A stretch of DNA of 64,000 bases from Squalus acanthias (GCA_030390025.1 CM059432.1:34288001-34352000), one strand, 5' to 3'. Shown: positions 35,236 through 48,800, numbered from the stretch's first letter. Program-made: numbers and translations. The notes: a model not told the origin generated them from the letters alone.

Positions 35236-36022
35236 GGCTACAGTACACTCGGTCCCTTCATCCAAGTCATTAATATAGATGGTAAATAGTTGAGGCCCCA
35301 GCACTAATCCCTGTGGCACCCCACTAGTTACTGATTGCCAACGGGAAAATGACCCATTTATCCCGACTCGCTCTATTCTGTTTGTTAGCTAATCCCCTAT
35401 CCATGCCAATATATTACCCCCAACCCCATAGAAACATAGAAACTAGGAGCAGGAGTAGGCCATTCGGCCCGTCGAGCCTGCTCCACCATTCAATACGATC
35501 ATGGCTGATCATCCAAATCCAGTACCCTGTCCCTGCTTTCCCACACAGAATCCCCATCGAACCTGCACCGACACATATCCCACCCTATCCCCGTAACCCC
35601 ACATATTTAATTCCCCCTAACATATCCCATCCTATCCCCGTAACCCCACATATTTAATCCCCCCCTAACACTAAGGGTCAATTTATCATAGCCAAATCAA
35701 CCTAACCCGCACATTTTTGGACTGTGGGAGGAAACCGGAGCACCCGGAGGAAACCCACGCAGACACGGGGCAGAATGTGCAAACTCCACACAGACAGTCA
35801 CCCGAGGCCGGATTCGAACCCGGGTCCCTGGCGCTGTGAGGCACCAGTGCTAACCACTATGCCACCGTGTTGCCCTTGTCTTGTGCAGTAACCTTTTATG
35901 TGGCACCTTATCGAATGCCTTCTGGAAATCCACTACATCTACTTTATCCACCCTGTTTGTTAAATCCTCAAAGAACTCTAGCAAATTTGTCAAAAATGAT
36001 TTCCCTTTCATAAAACCATGTT
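35236..36022 (-). mobile_element. CR1 RT fragment interrupted by an HE1-type SINE
   Basis: QHGFMKGKS..DFQKAFDKVPH and PQGLVLGPQLFTIYINDLD. Confidence 0.85.
35428..35872 (-). mobile_element. HE1-type V-SINE, full length
   Basis: tRNA head (TGGCATAGTGG, GGTTCGAATCC); V-domain gggtttcctccgggtgctccggtttcctcccac; CR1-type tail with atgtttct repeats. Confidence 0.9.
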
Positions 36023-38158
36023 GAGTGACTGCCCTTGACACCAAGGCAGCATTTGACCGAGTGTGGCATCAAGGAGCCCTAATAATATTGAAGTCAATGG
36101 GAATCAGGGGGAAAAGTCTCCACTGGCTGGAGTCATACCTAGCACAAAGGAAGATGGTTGTGGTTGTTAGAGGTCAATCATCTCAGCCCCAGGACATTGC
36201 TGCAGGTGTCCCTCAGGGCAGTGTCCTGGGCCCAACCATCTTCTGCTGCTTCATCAATGACCTACCCTCCAACTTTGAGGTGCCTGCTGTACATGGTCCA
36301 TGTCTCTTAGGCATACAGCAGGGCGGGTATCACTGCTGCTCTGTAGACCATGAGATTAGTGCTGGGTTTGAGGTACTGGTCTTCAAACACTCTCTTCCTC
36401 AGGCGACCGAAGGTTGCACTGGCACACTGAAGGCAGTGTTGGACTTCGTCGTCGACGTTTGCCCTTGTTGACAGTAGGCTCCCGAGGTATGGAAAGTGGT
36501 CCACGTTGTCCAAGGCCTTGTCGTGGATTTGATAATCGGGGGGCAGTACTGTGTGGCAGGGGCAGGTTGGTAGAGGACCTTTGTCTTACGGATGTTTAGT
36601 GTAAGGCCCATGCTCTCAGAGACATGGACCATGTACAGCAGGCACCTCAAAGCACTGGAGAGGTACCACCAACGCTGCCTCCGCAAGATCCTGCAAATCC
36701 ATTGGCAGGATAGACGCACCAACGTCAGTGTTCTTGCTCAGGCCAACATCCCCAGCATCGAAGCTTTGACCACGCTCGATCAGCTCCGATGGATGGGTCA
36801 CATTGTCCGCATGCCTGATACGAGACTCCCAAAACAAGCACTCTACTCGGAGCTCCGGCATGGCAAGAGAGCCCCAGGTGGGCAGAGGAAATGCTTCAAG
36901 GACACCCTCAAAGCCTCCTTGAAAAAGTGTAACATCCCCACCGACACCTGGGAATCCCTGGCCCAAGACCGCACAAAGTGGAGGAGAAGCATCCGGGAAG
37001 GCGCCGAACACCTCGAGTCTCTTCGCCGGGAGCAAGCAGAAGCCAAGCGCAGGCAGCGCAAGGAGCGCACGTCAACCCAAGCACCCCACCCACCTGCTCC
37101 TTCAACCACCGTCTGCCCCACCTGTGACAGAGACTGTAGGTCCCGCATTGGACTCATCAGTCACCTGCAAACTCATTTTTAATGTGGAAGCAAGTCATCC
37201 TCGGTTCCGAGGGACTGTCTAAGAAGAAGAAGAAGACCCTCCATCATAAGGTCAGAAGTGGGGATGTTCGGTGATGATTGCACAGTGTTCAGTTCCATTC
37301 GCAAATCCTCAGATAATGAAGCAGTGCAGCAAGACCTGGACGACATTCAGGCTTGGGCTGATAAGTGGCAAGTACAATCTCGCCACACCAGTGCCAGGCA
37401 TTGACTATCTCCAACAAGCGAGAGTTTAACCACCACCCCTTGACATTCAATGGCATTACCATCGCCGAATCCCCCAACATCAACATCCTGGGGTCACCAT
37501 TGACCAGAAACTTAACTGGACCAGCCACATAAATACTGTGGCAACAAGAGCAGGTCAGAGGCTAGGTATTCTGCGGTGAGTGTCTCACCTCCTGACTCCC
37601 CAAAGCCTTTCTACCATCTACAAGGCACAAGTAAGGAGTGTGATGGAATACTCTCCAATTGCCTCAATGAGTGCAGCTCCAACAACACTCAAGAAGCTCG
37701 ATACCATACAGGGCAAAGCAGCCTGCTTGATTGGCACCCCATCCACCACCTTAAACATTCACTCCCTCCACCACCGGCGTACCGTGGCTGCAGTGTGTAC
37801 CATCTACAAGATGCACTGCAGCAACTCGCCAATGCTTCTTCGGCAGCACCTCCCAAACCCACGACCTCTTCCACCTAGAAGGACAAGGGCAGCAGGCGCA
37901 TGGGAACACAACCACCTGCAAATTCCCTTTCAAGTCACACACCATCCTGACTTGGAAATATATCACCGTTCCTTCATCGTCGCTGGGTCAAAATCCTGGA
38001 ACTCCCTCCCTAACAGCACTGTGGGAGTACCTTCACCACACGACTGCAGCGGTTCAAGGTGGCGGCTCACCACCACCTTCTCAAGGGCAATTAGGGATTG
38101 GCAATAAATGCTGGCCTTGTCAGCAACGCCCACACCCCCAGAACGAATAATAAAAAAA
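36023..38158 (+). mobile_element. Family A LINE, 5'-truncated, interrupted by an RTE element
   Basis: TALDTKAAFDRVWH, PQGSVLGP; resumes at 37236 and runs to the A-rich tail. Confidence 0.9.
36272..37235 (+). mobile_element. RTE-clade LINE fragment with an inverted 5' segment
   Basis: FPYLGS, QLRWMGHIVRMPDTRLPKQALYSEL, C-terminal CxxC..H; (AAG)n tail; 8-bp TSD accctcca (36264-36271, 37236-37243). Confidence 0.9.
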
Positions 38159-38599
38159 TTCAGCTTCAGGGAGCATCATAGCTGAGTCAGGTCCTGTTCC
38201 CACTACTGCTCACACATGTTCATTTCCAGTAGCATTCACTATGTCATGAGTCTCCCCTCCCTAACCCAGAGGGTGGGGGCACGGAAAATTGTGGCATCCT
38301 GGCTGCCAGCCTAGCTGGGATTAACTAACTCAGTACAGCCCAACAACAGAAACTGAGGCGGTTCCTGGTCTATGTTGCTCAGCTACTCACCACCTTAACC
38401 AGGTGAGTCAGTGAGAAAGGTTGAATAAAAATGCAGTCCTAAAAATGACTTTAATTAGCTCATTCTTCTTTATTATTCTGGGAATCTTTGGCTATTGTCT
38501 TCCTTCAATAAATAAGTATTGAGAAAATAGCCTAGAGGAAATTAATTGAACTTAGCTCTTCTTAAAGACTTCCCTCTCTCACATAAATCAAGTATTAGA

Positions 38600-38955
38600 T
38601 TAACTCAGTGGTAGTACCTTTGCCTCTCGAATCAGAATGATGTGGGTTCAATCCCCACTGCAAGAACTTGAGCTTGTAATCTAGCCGAATACTTCTGTGC
38701 CATCTTTCAGATGAGGTCCTATTTACCTGTTCAAAAAGGATGTCAAAAATCCCAGAGCACTATTTGACCAAGAGCATGGTAGTTCTCCCCGTGTCCTGGC
38801 CAACAGTTGTCCCATAATCATTGCCACCAAAGTCAGATTGGTCATTCATCACTTTATTGTGTAAAAATTGGCTGCAGAGTTTGTGTAGTACAAAGTAATT
38901 CATTGACTGTGAAGTGCTTTGGATGTGAAATGTGCTATGTTAATGCAAGTTCTTT
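38600..38955 (+). mobile_element. Degenerate DeuSINE
   Basis: Head ctcagtggtagtacc..gggttcaatccc and tail tgctatgttaatgcaagttc. Confidence 0.65.
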
Positions 38956-40007
38956 ATGGTGGTCTTTTCAGTTGAACGGTCAAAGTCCAGAAAGGGTTCT
39001 ATCTTAAGAAGCTTCCATGTTCTTCTATCTCCAAACATGCCTAATGCAAGCTCTCATCAAGCTCCTCTTGGGAAAGAGGAAAAGAAGGATAACTGGAAGG
39101 AGAATGTATAGGAGGCCAGCAAGAGTTCTTTCTCTTTAGGTTGCTATCCCCTGGGTAAATGTTGCCCAAAGAGGGATTCTGGCAACACCCTAATCATCTT
39201 CCCATCAGCCACTGGCATCCTTGTCTCCAGCTTCCTCGCATATGGCTCTGGCTGATGAAGACAATAGATGACAGTTTATCATTTGCAAGTTTTCAGCGGC
39301 AGTTAATGATGTCCCTCCTCATTTGGGTGGGGGCTCTGCACTCTTCAACGTGCCTGAAAGACCCCCATTGTATTGCTGTCCAATTATTTTAAACTAGCCG
39401 CTCTCTGAAATACTCCTCTCTCAGCTCATCTGAATTATTAGTGTATGAGGTCCTTGACCCCTATCATCTTGTCTTCTGTGAGATAAGATATTGGACATAC
39501 TTTATTAAATGCCAAGTCTTTTTTTCCAAAAGTGCATTAAAGGTATTTAGAGGTGAGTTGAATTCCCATTAAAGTTAAATTAAAGGCTTTCAAGAAATTG
39601 ATGAGAAACTTTCAGTAAAATATTGGTTAGTACATTCAGCTACAAAATGCTTATTGTATCTGATAAAGAGAGGGGACCCCACCTGTATGAAAGAGCACCT
39701 GCAGGAGGACACATTTCTTGTCTCTGTCAGTCCCCTTGTCAACACCATGCAAAACCCTGGAGATGGAGGGCACCTGCTTTTAGTGGCCCATCTGCCTATC
39801 AAGACCAGAGGCTCAACAGTGTCAGCATTCACAACTCGTCTTCTCTGTTACAATGAAATTCATCTCCTAGCACAGGTCATCAGTGCTCCCTCTTCAATGT
39901 TTATCTCCAGTGCCATCTCTTCCACACCAACGTGCACCCGATTCCAAACTGTCCGACCCGTTATTTCTCATTCATCTCTATTACAGAGGGAGTAACAGAC
40001 GCAGTGG

Positions 40008-40503
40008 AGGTCAATTTTAACCCTACCCAGCCAGTGGAATCCGGGCAGGCGGGCAGTTAACGTCGCCTTGGTCGCTAACCCGCACGGGAGCTGATGGGGG
40101 CTGTCCTGCTGCGATTTTCACCTGCTACCCTGAGCAGGCAGCAAGGACAGCCACCCACAGCGGGCGGGGTTATTTTTAACATATCCATGGTGGGTCCTGA
40201 TGATGTCATCAGAGCCTGACTGCAATTTCTAGCAGGCCAACCCAGCAAGGAAGCCGATCATGGGAACACCCTTAGGACGGCCGGGCAGCCGATCCAGTCA
40301 CTTACTTGGTCTTGGCGGATGGCTTCTGGGCCGTACAAATGTCCATCGCTTCCCGCTTGGAATGGGTGGGAAGTCCACCAGTGCCATTTAAATGAGGCCC
40401 AGGAGTTAAAATACCATGGGACTCTTTTTTTTTGCAGCGAGTGAGTTTTGAACTGAGACCATAAATCACCTGATGAAACTGGCCTACAGTTAAAATTGGA
40501 GCC
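40008..40503. mobile_element. Harbinger-like MITE, degenerate
   Basis: ggtcaattttaac / gttaaaattggagcc termini. Confidence 0.55.
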
Positions 40504-40772
40504 AGCGACTGAGTTACAGGCTGGAGTCTAACCCAGGAATTTGGCTAGTTTATGGGTAGGATGTTGGTTGCATTCTGGTGGTGCAACAAATCAGGATCTG
40601 TTGTCTGCTGGTTATCCTGGCTTATCTTCTTCCATGAGGTGCAGTCAACGCATGAATGAATGTAATTGGGGTGTTTCTGAGCGACCATCCAACATTATAG
40701 TTAGTCAAGTATTCACATCCCAGGTACAGTAGTGTAGTGGTTATGTTACTGGACTAGTATACCAGAGACTGT

Positions 40773-42310
40773 GGCTGCGATTTTCCCGACCTCGGCGGGT
40801 CCGTGGCGGGTGACGTCGCTGGCAGTCGCGGCCCCGCTGCTGGCTCCACCCCGGCCTCCGACATGACCTTCCCCTGATTGGGCTTGTTAAGCCCGCCCAG
40901 CGAGTTTCCCATCCAATTGAAGGAAGCGGGTCTGATGACATCATTTATGACACGTCAGCAGCCGGTTTCCTTAAAGGGACCATGCACAAATTTACTTTGA
41001 CATTTGTGCTGTCAGTGTTCTACAGCATTGAGGTGCTGCAAACACTGACAATCACTTCACAGAGGTGCACGGCTGCACCCAGCCTCTCCCATGACTCCCT
41101 CCAAATGCTTATGGAAGGAGTCACAGCACACAGGGAGGTTCTCTTCCCTTCCAATGGGCAGAAGAGACTTCCCCAGGACACCAACGCAGCCTGGTTGCAC
41201 ATTGCATAGGAGGACACAAGCAGGGATGTCGTCAGGGGTCCCTGGCTGCAGTGGTGCAAACCTTTCAATGATCTCAGTAGATCACGAAACGTTACTGCAA
41301 AGCCATATTCAACCTCATCCTGCTGTGCCACTCATCACATCCGCATCACTCTGCCTTCCCTACCCTACTCCTGCACATCCTTACTCACACCAACTTACCT
41401 TGCACCTCCACCCATCCCTCTCTATTTACATTATTACTTCCCCATCTCACAATCCACCCCTCACACTCATCCTAGTCCAATCATACCAAGTAACAACACA
41501 CAACTTGTGTGTTTTAGCCAATGTTCATGTGAAGTTTCTGTTAATGTGCTGTCAAACATTGAAACATTTATTTTCAACACTTTGCATTCTTGGACAGATT
41601 TGTGTGTACCTTTGGAAGTGGCTCAGTGAGTTGCAATGAATGGTGAGACATAACGGTACCCCTTGCAATGCTGATGAGTGTGAAAGGAATGGCTTGGGCA
41701 TGCTTTATGGTGTTGGTGTGGGTGGTGCCAACCTGGCGCATCATATGACAGACAGGGTGTGCAGAGTCAAGTGAAGGAAATGTGGCCATGGTGAGGCCAT
41801 CCCTAGTGTTCCGGGCAGCAATGTGGTTGGGTGCTGACGCCCTCTGTCCTGTGCAGCATCAGGTGATTGCGGAGAAGGCTGGTGTGGTTGTTGGTGCTGC
41901 TGGTGTGCCTGGTGCTGCTGGTGTTGGGGCTGATCGTGGTCAGATTCTGAGGTCCAAGACGAGAGAGTATAAAGTGCACCCATGCTGATGGAATAGATGG
42001 CAGGTGAAGTAGAGATGACAGAAGCGATCTGTCAATGGTGGGAGAGGTAATGAGGTCAGACTGCATGGAGACTTGTGTAAATACTTGCAGCTTCCTGAAT
42101 CTGTAGTGGAAATGTAGTTTAGAGATGCTAGTGCTTAAGGGAAGATATCTGAATCAGTTGGGAGCTTTGACTTGACATTTGAAGCTGTCAATACTTCAGC
42201 TGATTCAATGGCCACTGACCTCCCGCCTCAGCTTCACTGACGAGGTCTAGGCACAGCGGGAAACCCGTGGGAGACCTGTGGAAGTTAAAAAGCTGGGGAA
42301 AAAAGCATCC
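40773..42310. mobile_element. Harbinger-derived element carrying a Myb/SANT-like ORF remnant, inserted after a family A tRNA head (40727-40772)
   Basis: TIR ggctgcgattttccc / gggaaaaaagcatcc; TSD TGT; about 41066-41280 reads APSLSHDSLQMLMEGVTAHREVLFP..AAWLHIA*..QWCKPFNDL. Confidence 0.75.
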
Positions 42311-42351
42311 TGTCAGTCTGGGTTGGATTTGTACCCATGTCCCAGAACTTA

Positions 42352-42800
42352 GAAACAAAGAACTTGTATTTATATAGCACTTTTCATGACCTCATGATGT
42401 CCCAAAGCAGTTCACAGCCAATGAATTACTTTTCATGTGTAGTCACTGTTGTAATGTAGGGAAATGCAACATGCAAGATCCCATAAACAGCAATGAGATA
42501 AATGAGCCGCTGATCTGTTTTAGTGATGTTGGTTGAGGTATAAATATTGGTGAGGCCACCATGAGAACTCCCCTGATCTTTGAATAGTGCCATGAGATCT
42601 TTTAGACCCACTTGAGAGAGCAGACAGGGCCTCGGTTTAATGTCTCATCTGAAAAATGGCACCACCGACAGTGGAGCACTCCCTCAGTATTGCATTGCAG
42701 TGTCAGCCTACATTATGTACTCCAGTCTCTAAAGTGGGGCTTGAAACCATGACCTTCTGATTCAGAGGAAAGAGTGCCACCAACTGAACCAAGGCTGGAA
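42352..42800 (-). mobile_element. DeuSINE full copy
   Basis: Reverse complement match to the 18869 copy. Confidence 0.85.
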
Positions 42801-44046
42801 CCTAAAGTGTAAAGACCAGTGTGTTTTTTCTCTCTCTCTTCCCTATCTTCCCTTTCCCTCCCTCCCTCTCTATTCCTGTCTCCATTAGGTCATCCTATGT
42901 TGTATCCTCATACTTGAGAGGACAGTCTTGAGAGATTCTGTTTTAGATATTGCTAAAGACAAGAAAGACTAAATGAAGAAGTGTGGCCTGGAAACTTAGA
43001 ATGCAAAAGAGTTCACTAATACGTGCCCTCCGCGCTGGGCTTCTGCACTTTTCATCAGCCTTTATCCACCTTTAGGCACTTTCTGTTTACCTGTTCTGCA
43101 ACTAGGGTGGTACACAGCATCACTTAAAGCTGCTATATATCAAAATTATGCCACAATCCCCTTCAATACATGAAAAACTAAATAGCAGACTTGCCAAGTT
43201 TCATTCACTAATGAAAAACAATCACTCACTTTATTGACAAATGTGATGCGTCACTGTTAAAAATAAACACAGCACCTGCATGCTCAGCTGGATTTGTGAT
43301 CTTTGCCGTTCCTGCCGATCAGCGAAGTCCCACAAACAGCAATGAGAGAATGACCAGATAATCTGTTTTTTAATGATGTTGGTTGAGGGGGTTAACTATA
43401 GGCCAGAACACTGGGGAGATCTCCCCTGCTCTTCTCCAAATAGTGCCATAGGACCTATAGGGCTCGATTTCCCAAGCCCCGAGGAGGCGGGATTGGAGGC
43501 GTGTGAGGTGGTAAAATCAGAGAAATTGGGGCGGGTGGCACTCCCGCCTCCGTGCCCTTTTGCCAGGAGGCGGGAGGATGTGCAGCTTCGGGTCCCGTCT
43601 CCTGGAGGCGGGAAAGGCTTTTAATCCTTTTAACTGCCTGTTAACAGGTAGTTAACAGGCAGAAAAAAGGATTAGTGCCATTTTACCTTCATAGGTGAAG
43701 GCTTCCCGACCTCGGAGAACCCCGTCGGGTTGGAGGAGACAGTGGAGGAGGTCTGCGGTGGTCGGAGGCACCTGGAAGTAAGGGGTAGAGGTGAGTGATG
43801 GGTGCAAGTGTGGAGTGGTAAGTATGTAAGGTGAGTGATAAGTTTAAAAAAGTGTTCACTTACCTTTTTTTACTTCTGTAGCCTATAGCCGTGCTGGATC
43901 GACCGTGTCAATTTCAGGTAATGGCTGATGGACCCTCCGATCCATCAGACATCTGAAATTTACTATTTCACAATGTTTTTTCAGTCCTCACCACAAAAAC
44001 GAATCAAACTCAAGAGAATGTCAGTGTTTGACAGCTTAACAGCATA

Positions 44047-46832
44047 GAAGCATAGAAGATAGGAGCAGGAGTAGGCCATTCGGCCCCTCGAGCCTGCTCC
44101 ACCATTTAATGAGATCATGGCTGATCTTCCAAATTCAGTACCCTGTCCCTGCTTTCTCCCCATATCCCTTGATCCTTTTAGCCTTAAGAAATATATCTAA
44201 CTCCTTCTTGAATATATTTAATGAATTGGCCTCAACTGCCTTCTGTGGTAGAGAATTCCACAGGTTCACCACTCTCTGGGTGAGAATTCCTCCTCATCTC
44301 AGTCCTAATGGCTTACCCCTTATCCTTAGACTGTGACCCCTGGTTCTGGACTCCCCTGCCATCGGGAACATCCTTCCTGCATCTAGACTGTCTAGTCCTG
44401 TCAGAATTTTATAAGTTTCAATGAGATCCCCTCTCATTCTTCTAAACTCAAGCGAATATAAGCCTAATCGACCCAATCTCTCTTCATACGTCATTCCTGC
44501 CATCCCAGATATCAGTCTGGTGAATCTTCGCTGCACTCGCTCCATGGCAAGAACATCCTTCCTCAGATAAGGCGACCAAAACTGCACACAATATTCAAGG
44601 TGTGGTCTCACCAAGGCCTTGTACAACTGCAGCAAGACATCCTTGCTCCTGTACTCGAATCCTCTCGCTATGAAGGCCAACATACCATTTTAAAACATAG
44701 AAACATAGAATCTAGGAGCAGGAGTAGGCCATTCGGCCCGTCGAGCCTGCTCCACCATTCAATACGATCATGGCTGATCATCCAAATCCAGTACCCTGTC
44801 CCTGCTTTAATCCCCACAGGACACATATCCCACACCTACACCCCGTAACCCCACATATTTAATTCCTCCTAACATATCCCATCCTATCCCCATAACCCCA
44901 CATATTTAATACCCCCCTAACACAAGGGTCAATTTATCATAGCCAAATCAACCTCAGCGACTGGTGCACAAGGACTCCCAGATCTCGTTGCACTTCCCCT
45001 TTTCCCAATCTATTGCCGTTCAGATAATAATCTGTCTTCCTGTTTTTGCCACCAAAGTGGATAACCTCGCATTTATCCACATTATACTGCATCTGCCATG
45101 CATCTGCCCAATCACCCAACCTATCCAAATCATTCTGGAGTTTCTCTGCATCCTCCTCACAGCACACACGCCCACCCAGCTTTGTGTCATCTGCATACTT
45201 AGAGATATTACATCTAGTTCCCTCGTCTAGATCATTAATATATATTGTGAATAGCTGGGGTCCTAGCACCGATCCCTGCGATACCCCACTCGTCACTGCC
45301 TGCCACTCGGAAAAAGACCCGTTTATTCCAACTCTTTGCTTCCTGTCTGCCAACCAGTTCTCTATCCAAATCAGTACCTTACCCCCAATCCCATGTGTTT
45401 TAAATTTGCACGCTAATCTCTTATGCGGGACCTTATCGAAAGCCTTCTGAAAGTCCAAATACACCACATCCACTGGTTCTCCCTTATCTATTCTACCAGT
45501 TACATCCTCAAAAAATTCCAGTAGATTAGTCAGGCATGATTTACCTTTTGTAAATCCATGTTGACTTTGTCCGATCCTGTCACTGTTTTCCAAGTGCTCT
45601 GCTATTACATCTTTTATAATGGACTCTAGCATTTTGCCCACTACCGATGTCAGGCTTACCGGTCTATAATTTCCCGTTTTCTCTCTACCACCTTTTTTAA
45701 ATAGTGGGGTTACATTAGCTACCCTTCAATCCATGGGAACTGTTCCAGAGTCTATAGAATTTTGAAAGATGACCAGCAATGCATCTACTATTTCTAGGGC
45801 CACTTCCTTAAGTACCCTAGGATGTAGATTATCAGGTCCTGGGGATTTATTGGCCTTCAATCCCGTCAATTTCCCTAACACCATTTCCCTACAAATACTG
45901 ATTTCATTCAATTCCTCCCTCTCATTAGACCCTATGTTCCCCGACATCTCTGGGAGGTTATTTGTGTCCTCCTTTGTGAAGACAGAACCAAAGTATGTAT
46001 TTAATTGGTCTGCCATTTCTTTGTTCCCCATTATAAATTCCCCTGATTCTGACTGCAAGGGACCTACGCTTGACTTCACCAATCTTTTTCTCTTCACATA
46101 TCTATAGAATCTTTTACCGTCAGTTTTTATGTTCCCTGAAAGCTTACTCTCATATTCTATTTTCCCCTTCTTAATTAATCCCTTTGTCCTCCTTTGCTGA
46201 ATCCTAAACTGCTCCCATCCCTCAGTTTGCTGCTTTTTCTGGCCAATTTATATGTCCTCTCCTTGGATCTTATGCTATCCCTAATTTCCCTTGTTAGCCA
46301 CGGTTGAGTCACCTTTTTTGTTTTATTTTTATGCCAAACAGGGATGAACAAATTCTGTAGTTCATCCATGCGATCTTTAAATGTTTGCCATTGCCTATCC
46401 ACCGTCAACCCTTTAAGTATCACTCCCCAATCCATCCTAGCCAACTCGCACCTCATACCATCGTAGTTTCCTTTATTTAAATTATGGACCCTAGTCTCTG
46501 AGTCAACTACTTCACTCTCCATCTTAATGAAGAATTCTATCATATTATGATCGCTCCTCCCCAAGGGGCCTCGCACAACAAGATTGCTAATTAATCCTTT
46601 CTCATTACATAATACCCAGTCTAAGATGGCCTGATCTCTAGTTGGTTCCTCGACATATTGGTCCAGGAAACCATCCCGTATACACTCTAGGAATTCCTCC
46701 TCCACAGTATTGTTACTAATTTGGTTAGCCCAATCTATATGTAGATTAAAGTCACCCATGATAACTGCTGTGCCCTTATTGCATGCGTCTCTAATTTCCC
46801 GTTTAATGCCGTCCCCAACCTCAGCATTACTC
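44047..46832 (-). mobile_element. HER1-type CR1 LINE, 5'-truncated
   Basis: GDFNLH, SDHN, QHGF, QGSVLGP, YADD, YCVQFWSP; cagcata flanks both ends (probable TSD). Confidence 0.92.
44690..44953 (-). mobile_element. HE1-type SINE 3' portion inside the CR1
   Basis: Near-identical to about 35428-35703. Confidence 0.85.
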
Positions 46833-47954
46833 AGCATACAGAGCTGTCAAACGCTGTCATTTCTTCTTTCAAGAAGTCTTGACAGATAGCACGTCTGACG
46901 TTGACGTGATCTGTCAGTGACTTCTTCCCTAATTGGCTTGCTGAGCCCGCAGGGCGGGCTTAACAAGCTCAATCAGGGGAAAATCCCTCTGAATGGTCAG
47001 GCGAGGATGGAGGCGGGACATTGACACGACAAGCAGCAGTCCCGCCTCCAAGTCGCCTCCATTGACAAAATCTAGCCCATAATGTCCACCTGAGAGGGCA
47101 GATGGGCCTCAGTTTAATTTATCATCCGAAATACAACAATGCAGCATTCCCTCAGTACTCCACTATAGTGGCAGCAATAAATGCTGGCCTTGTCAGCGAT
47201 GCCCACATCCCATAAAAACAAATACATTTAAAAAATAATTTTGTGCTCAAGTCTCTGAAGTGGTACTTTAACCCACGACCTTCTGACTCAGAGGTGAGAG
47301 TGCTATCACTGAGCCATGGTTGCAAAGGATAAATTTGCAAGGCTACGGGGAAAGAGCGGAGGAGTGGGACTAATGGATAGCTCTTTCAAAGAGGTGGCAC
47401 AGACACGATGAGCTCTCCTTCTGCACTGTAAGTTTCTATGATTCTAGTAAATGGGACTCAAGTTGACTTTACTCAAAGAATGATGAGAGTGTGGAGTGGT
47501 TGAAGCAGATAGAATTTATTGCATTTAAGGGGAGGCTTGATGCATACATGAGGGAGAATGGAATAGAGGGAGAATGGAATAGAGGGATATGGGGATCAGA
47601 TAATGAGAGAGGGAGGAGCCTCTTGTTGAGTATAAACTGGGCCGATTGGCCTCCTTCTATGCTATAGGTTCTATGATTGTATGAATTAATCCAGGCAAAT
47701 CGTTCACTTTACCCTGAAAGGTTCAAAGACCCAGGAGACACAACTGAAAAAACAGGGATAATCATAGAAAGAGACTGTTTCCAGCGGTTGATGGGTGTAG
47801 AATGAGGGGATGTGATATCATAGAATCATAAAATGATACAGTGCAGCAGGAGGACATTTGGCCCATCATGCCCGTGCTGGCTCTTTGAAAGAGCTATCCA
47901 ATTAGTTCCATTCCCCTGCCCTTTCCCCATAGCCTGATTTACATTTTTTTTCAG

Positions 47955-48800
47955 ATTGAGAGGCTGGCCGGCTGTCGGGCGGGTAGGCCTGCGGCACCAG
48001 GCCGCAGCCAGGGAGCAGACAGGAGAAAGGGAGGGATCAGAGACCGGGGGATTGGGAGGGGGGTTCGAAGATCAGAAGGCTGGGGATGGAGGGGGGGCGG
48101 GGTCGGAGATCGGGGGCCAGAGACCAGAAGCCCGGGGGGGGGCGCGCGGAAGGCCAGAGGGAGAATCGGAAATCGGAGGCCTCGTGGTGGGGGGGGGGGG
48201 GGGCGGGGAGGAGGAGGTCGGGGGGGTGGGGGAGGAGGCCTTGGGGGTGAGGTCGGAGGCCAGCGGCGGTGGGTGGGAGATCGGAGGCCGGGGTGGAGGG
48301 GAGATCAGAGGCCGGGGGTGGGGGAGAGTGAAGATCAGAGGCTGGGGGAGTGAGGTCAGAGGTCAGAGGCCAGGGCGGGGGAGATTTGAGGCCGGGGGGG
48401 TGAGATTGGAGGTCTCGTGGGGAAGGTCGGAAGGGTCAGGAGGGGGATTGGAGAGGCAGGTATGCTGGATCCAGCAGGTACGTGGAGAGGCACTTACCTC
48501 CTGGATCCAGCAGTCCTCGCCTTCCTTTAGCTGCCGGTTTCCCTGAGGCCCGGGAAGCCCCGCTGCCCAGAGTTAAATTTAAAATGGTGCTTCAAAATGA
48601 GGCACGCAGCCTCATTATAATATTTAATGTGTCAACCCGCCTCCTGGGAGCGGGCTGGCCGTCCGCCCCACCCATCCCGCCTCCATTAAAACCAGAAGTG
48701 GGTGGGTTGGAGACGGGTTGGGATCGGGTTTCAGATTTCTAACACTTTAACCTCCCACCCAACCCAAACCCGACCATTTTTTGGGGTTAAAATTACCCCC
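47955..48800. mobile_element. Harbinger-like MITE remnant with a G-rich interior
   Basis: Terminal ggggttaaaattaccccc; G-runs at about 48030-48450. Confidence 0.55.

Larger units (their letters stand above)
43460..47078. mobile_element. Harbinger-like MITE split by a CR1 insertion
   Basis: gggctcgattt / aaatctagccc termini; TSD ATA; palindromic centre tttgacagct / agctgtcaaa. Confidence 0.8.
43326..47320 (-). mobile_element. DeuSINE split by nested insertions (halves about 43326-43459 and 47082-47320)
   Basis: Halves rejoin at gtgccataggacct / atgtccacctgagagggcag. Confidence 0.75.

Noticed and set aside
47956..48546. Gly-rich 196-aa ORF
   Set aside because: G-rich interior of a MITE-like element; no ATG and no domain.
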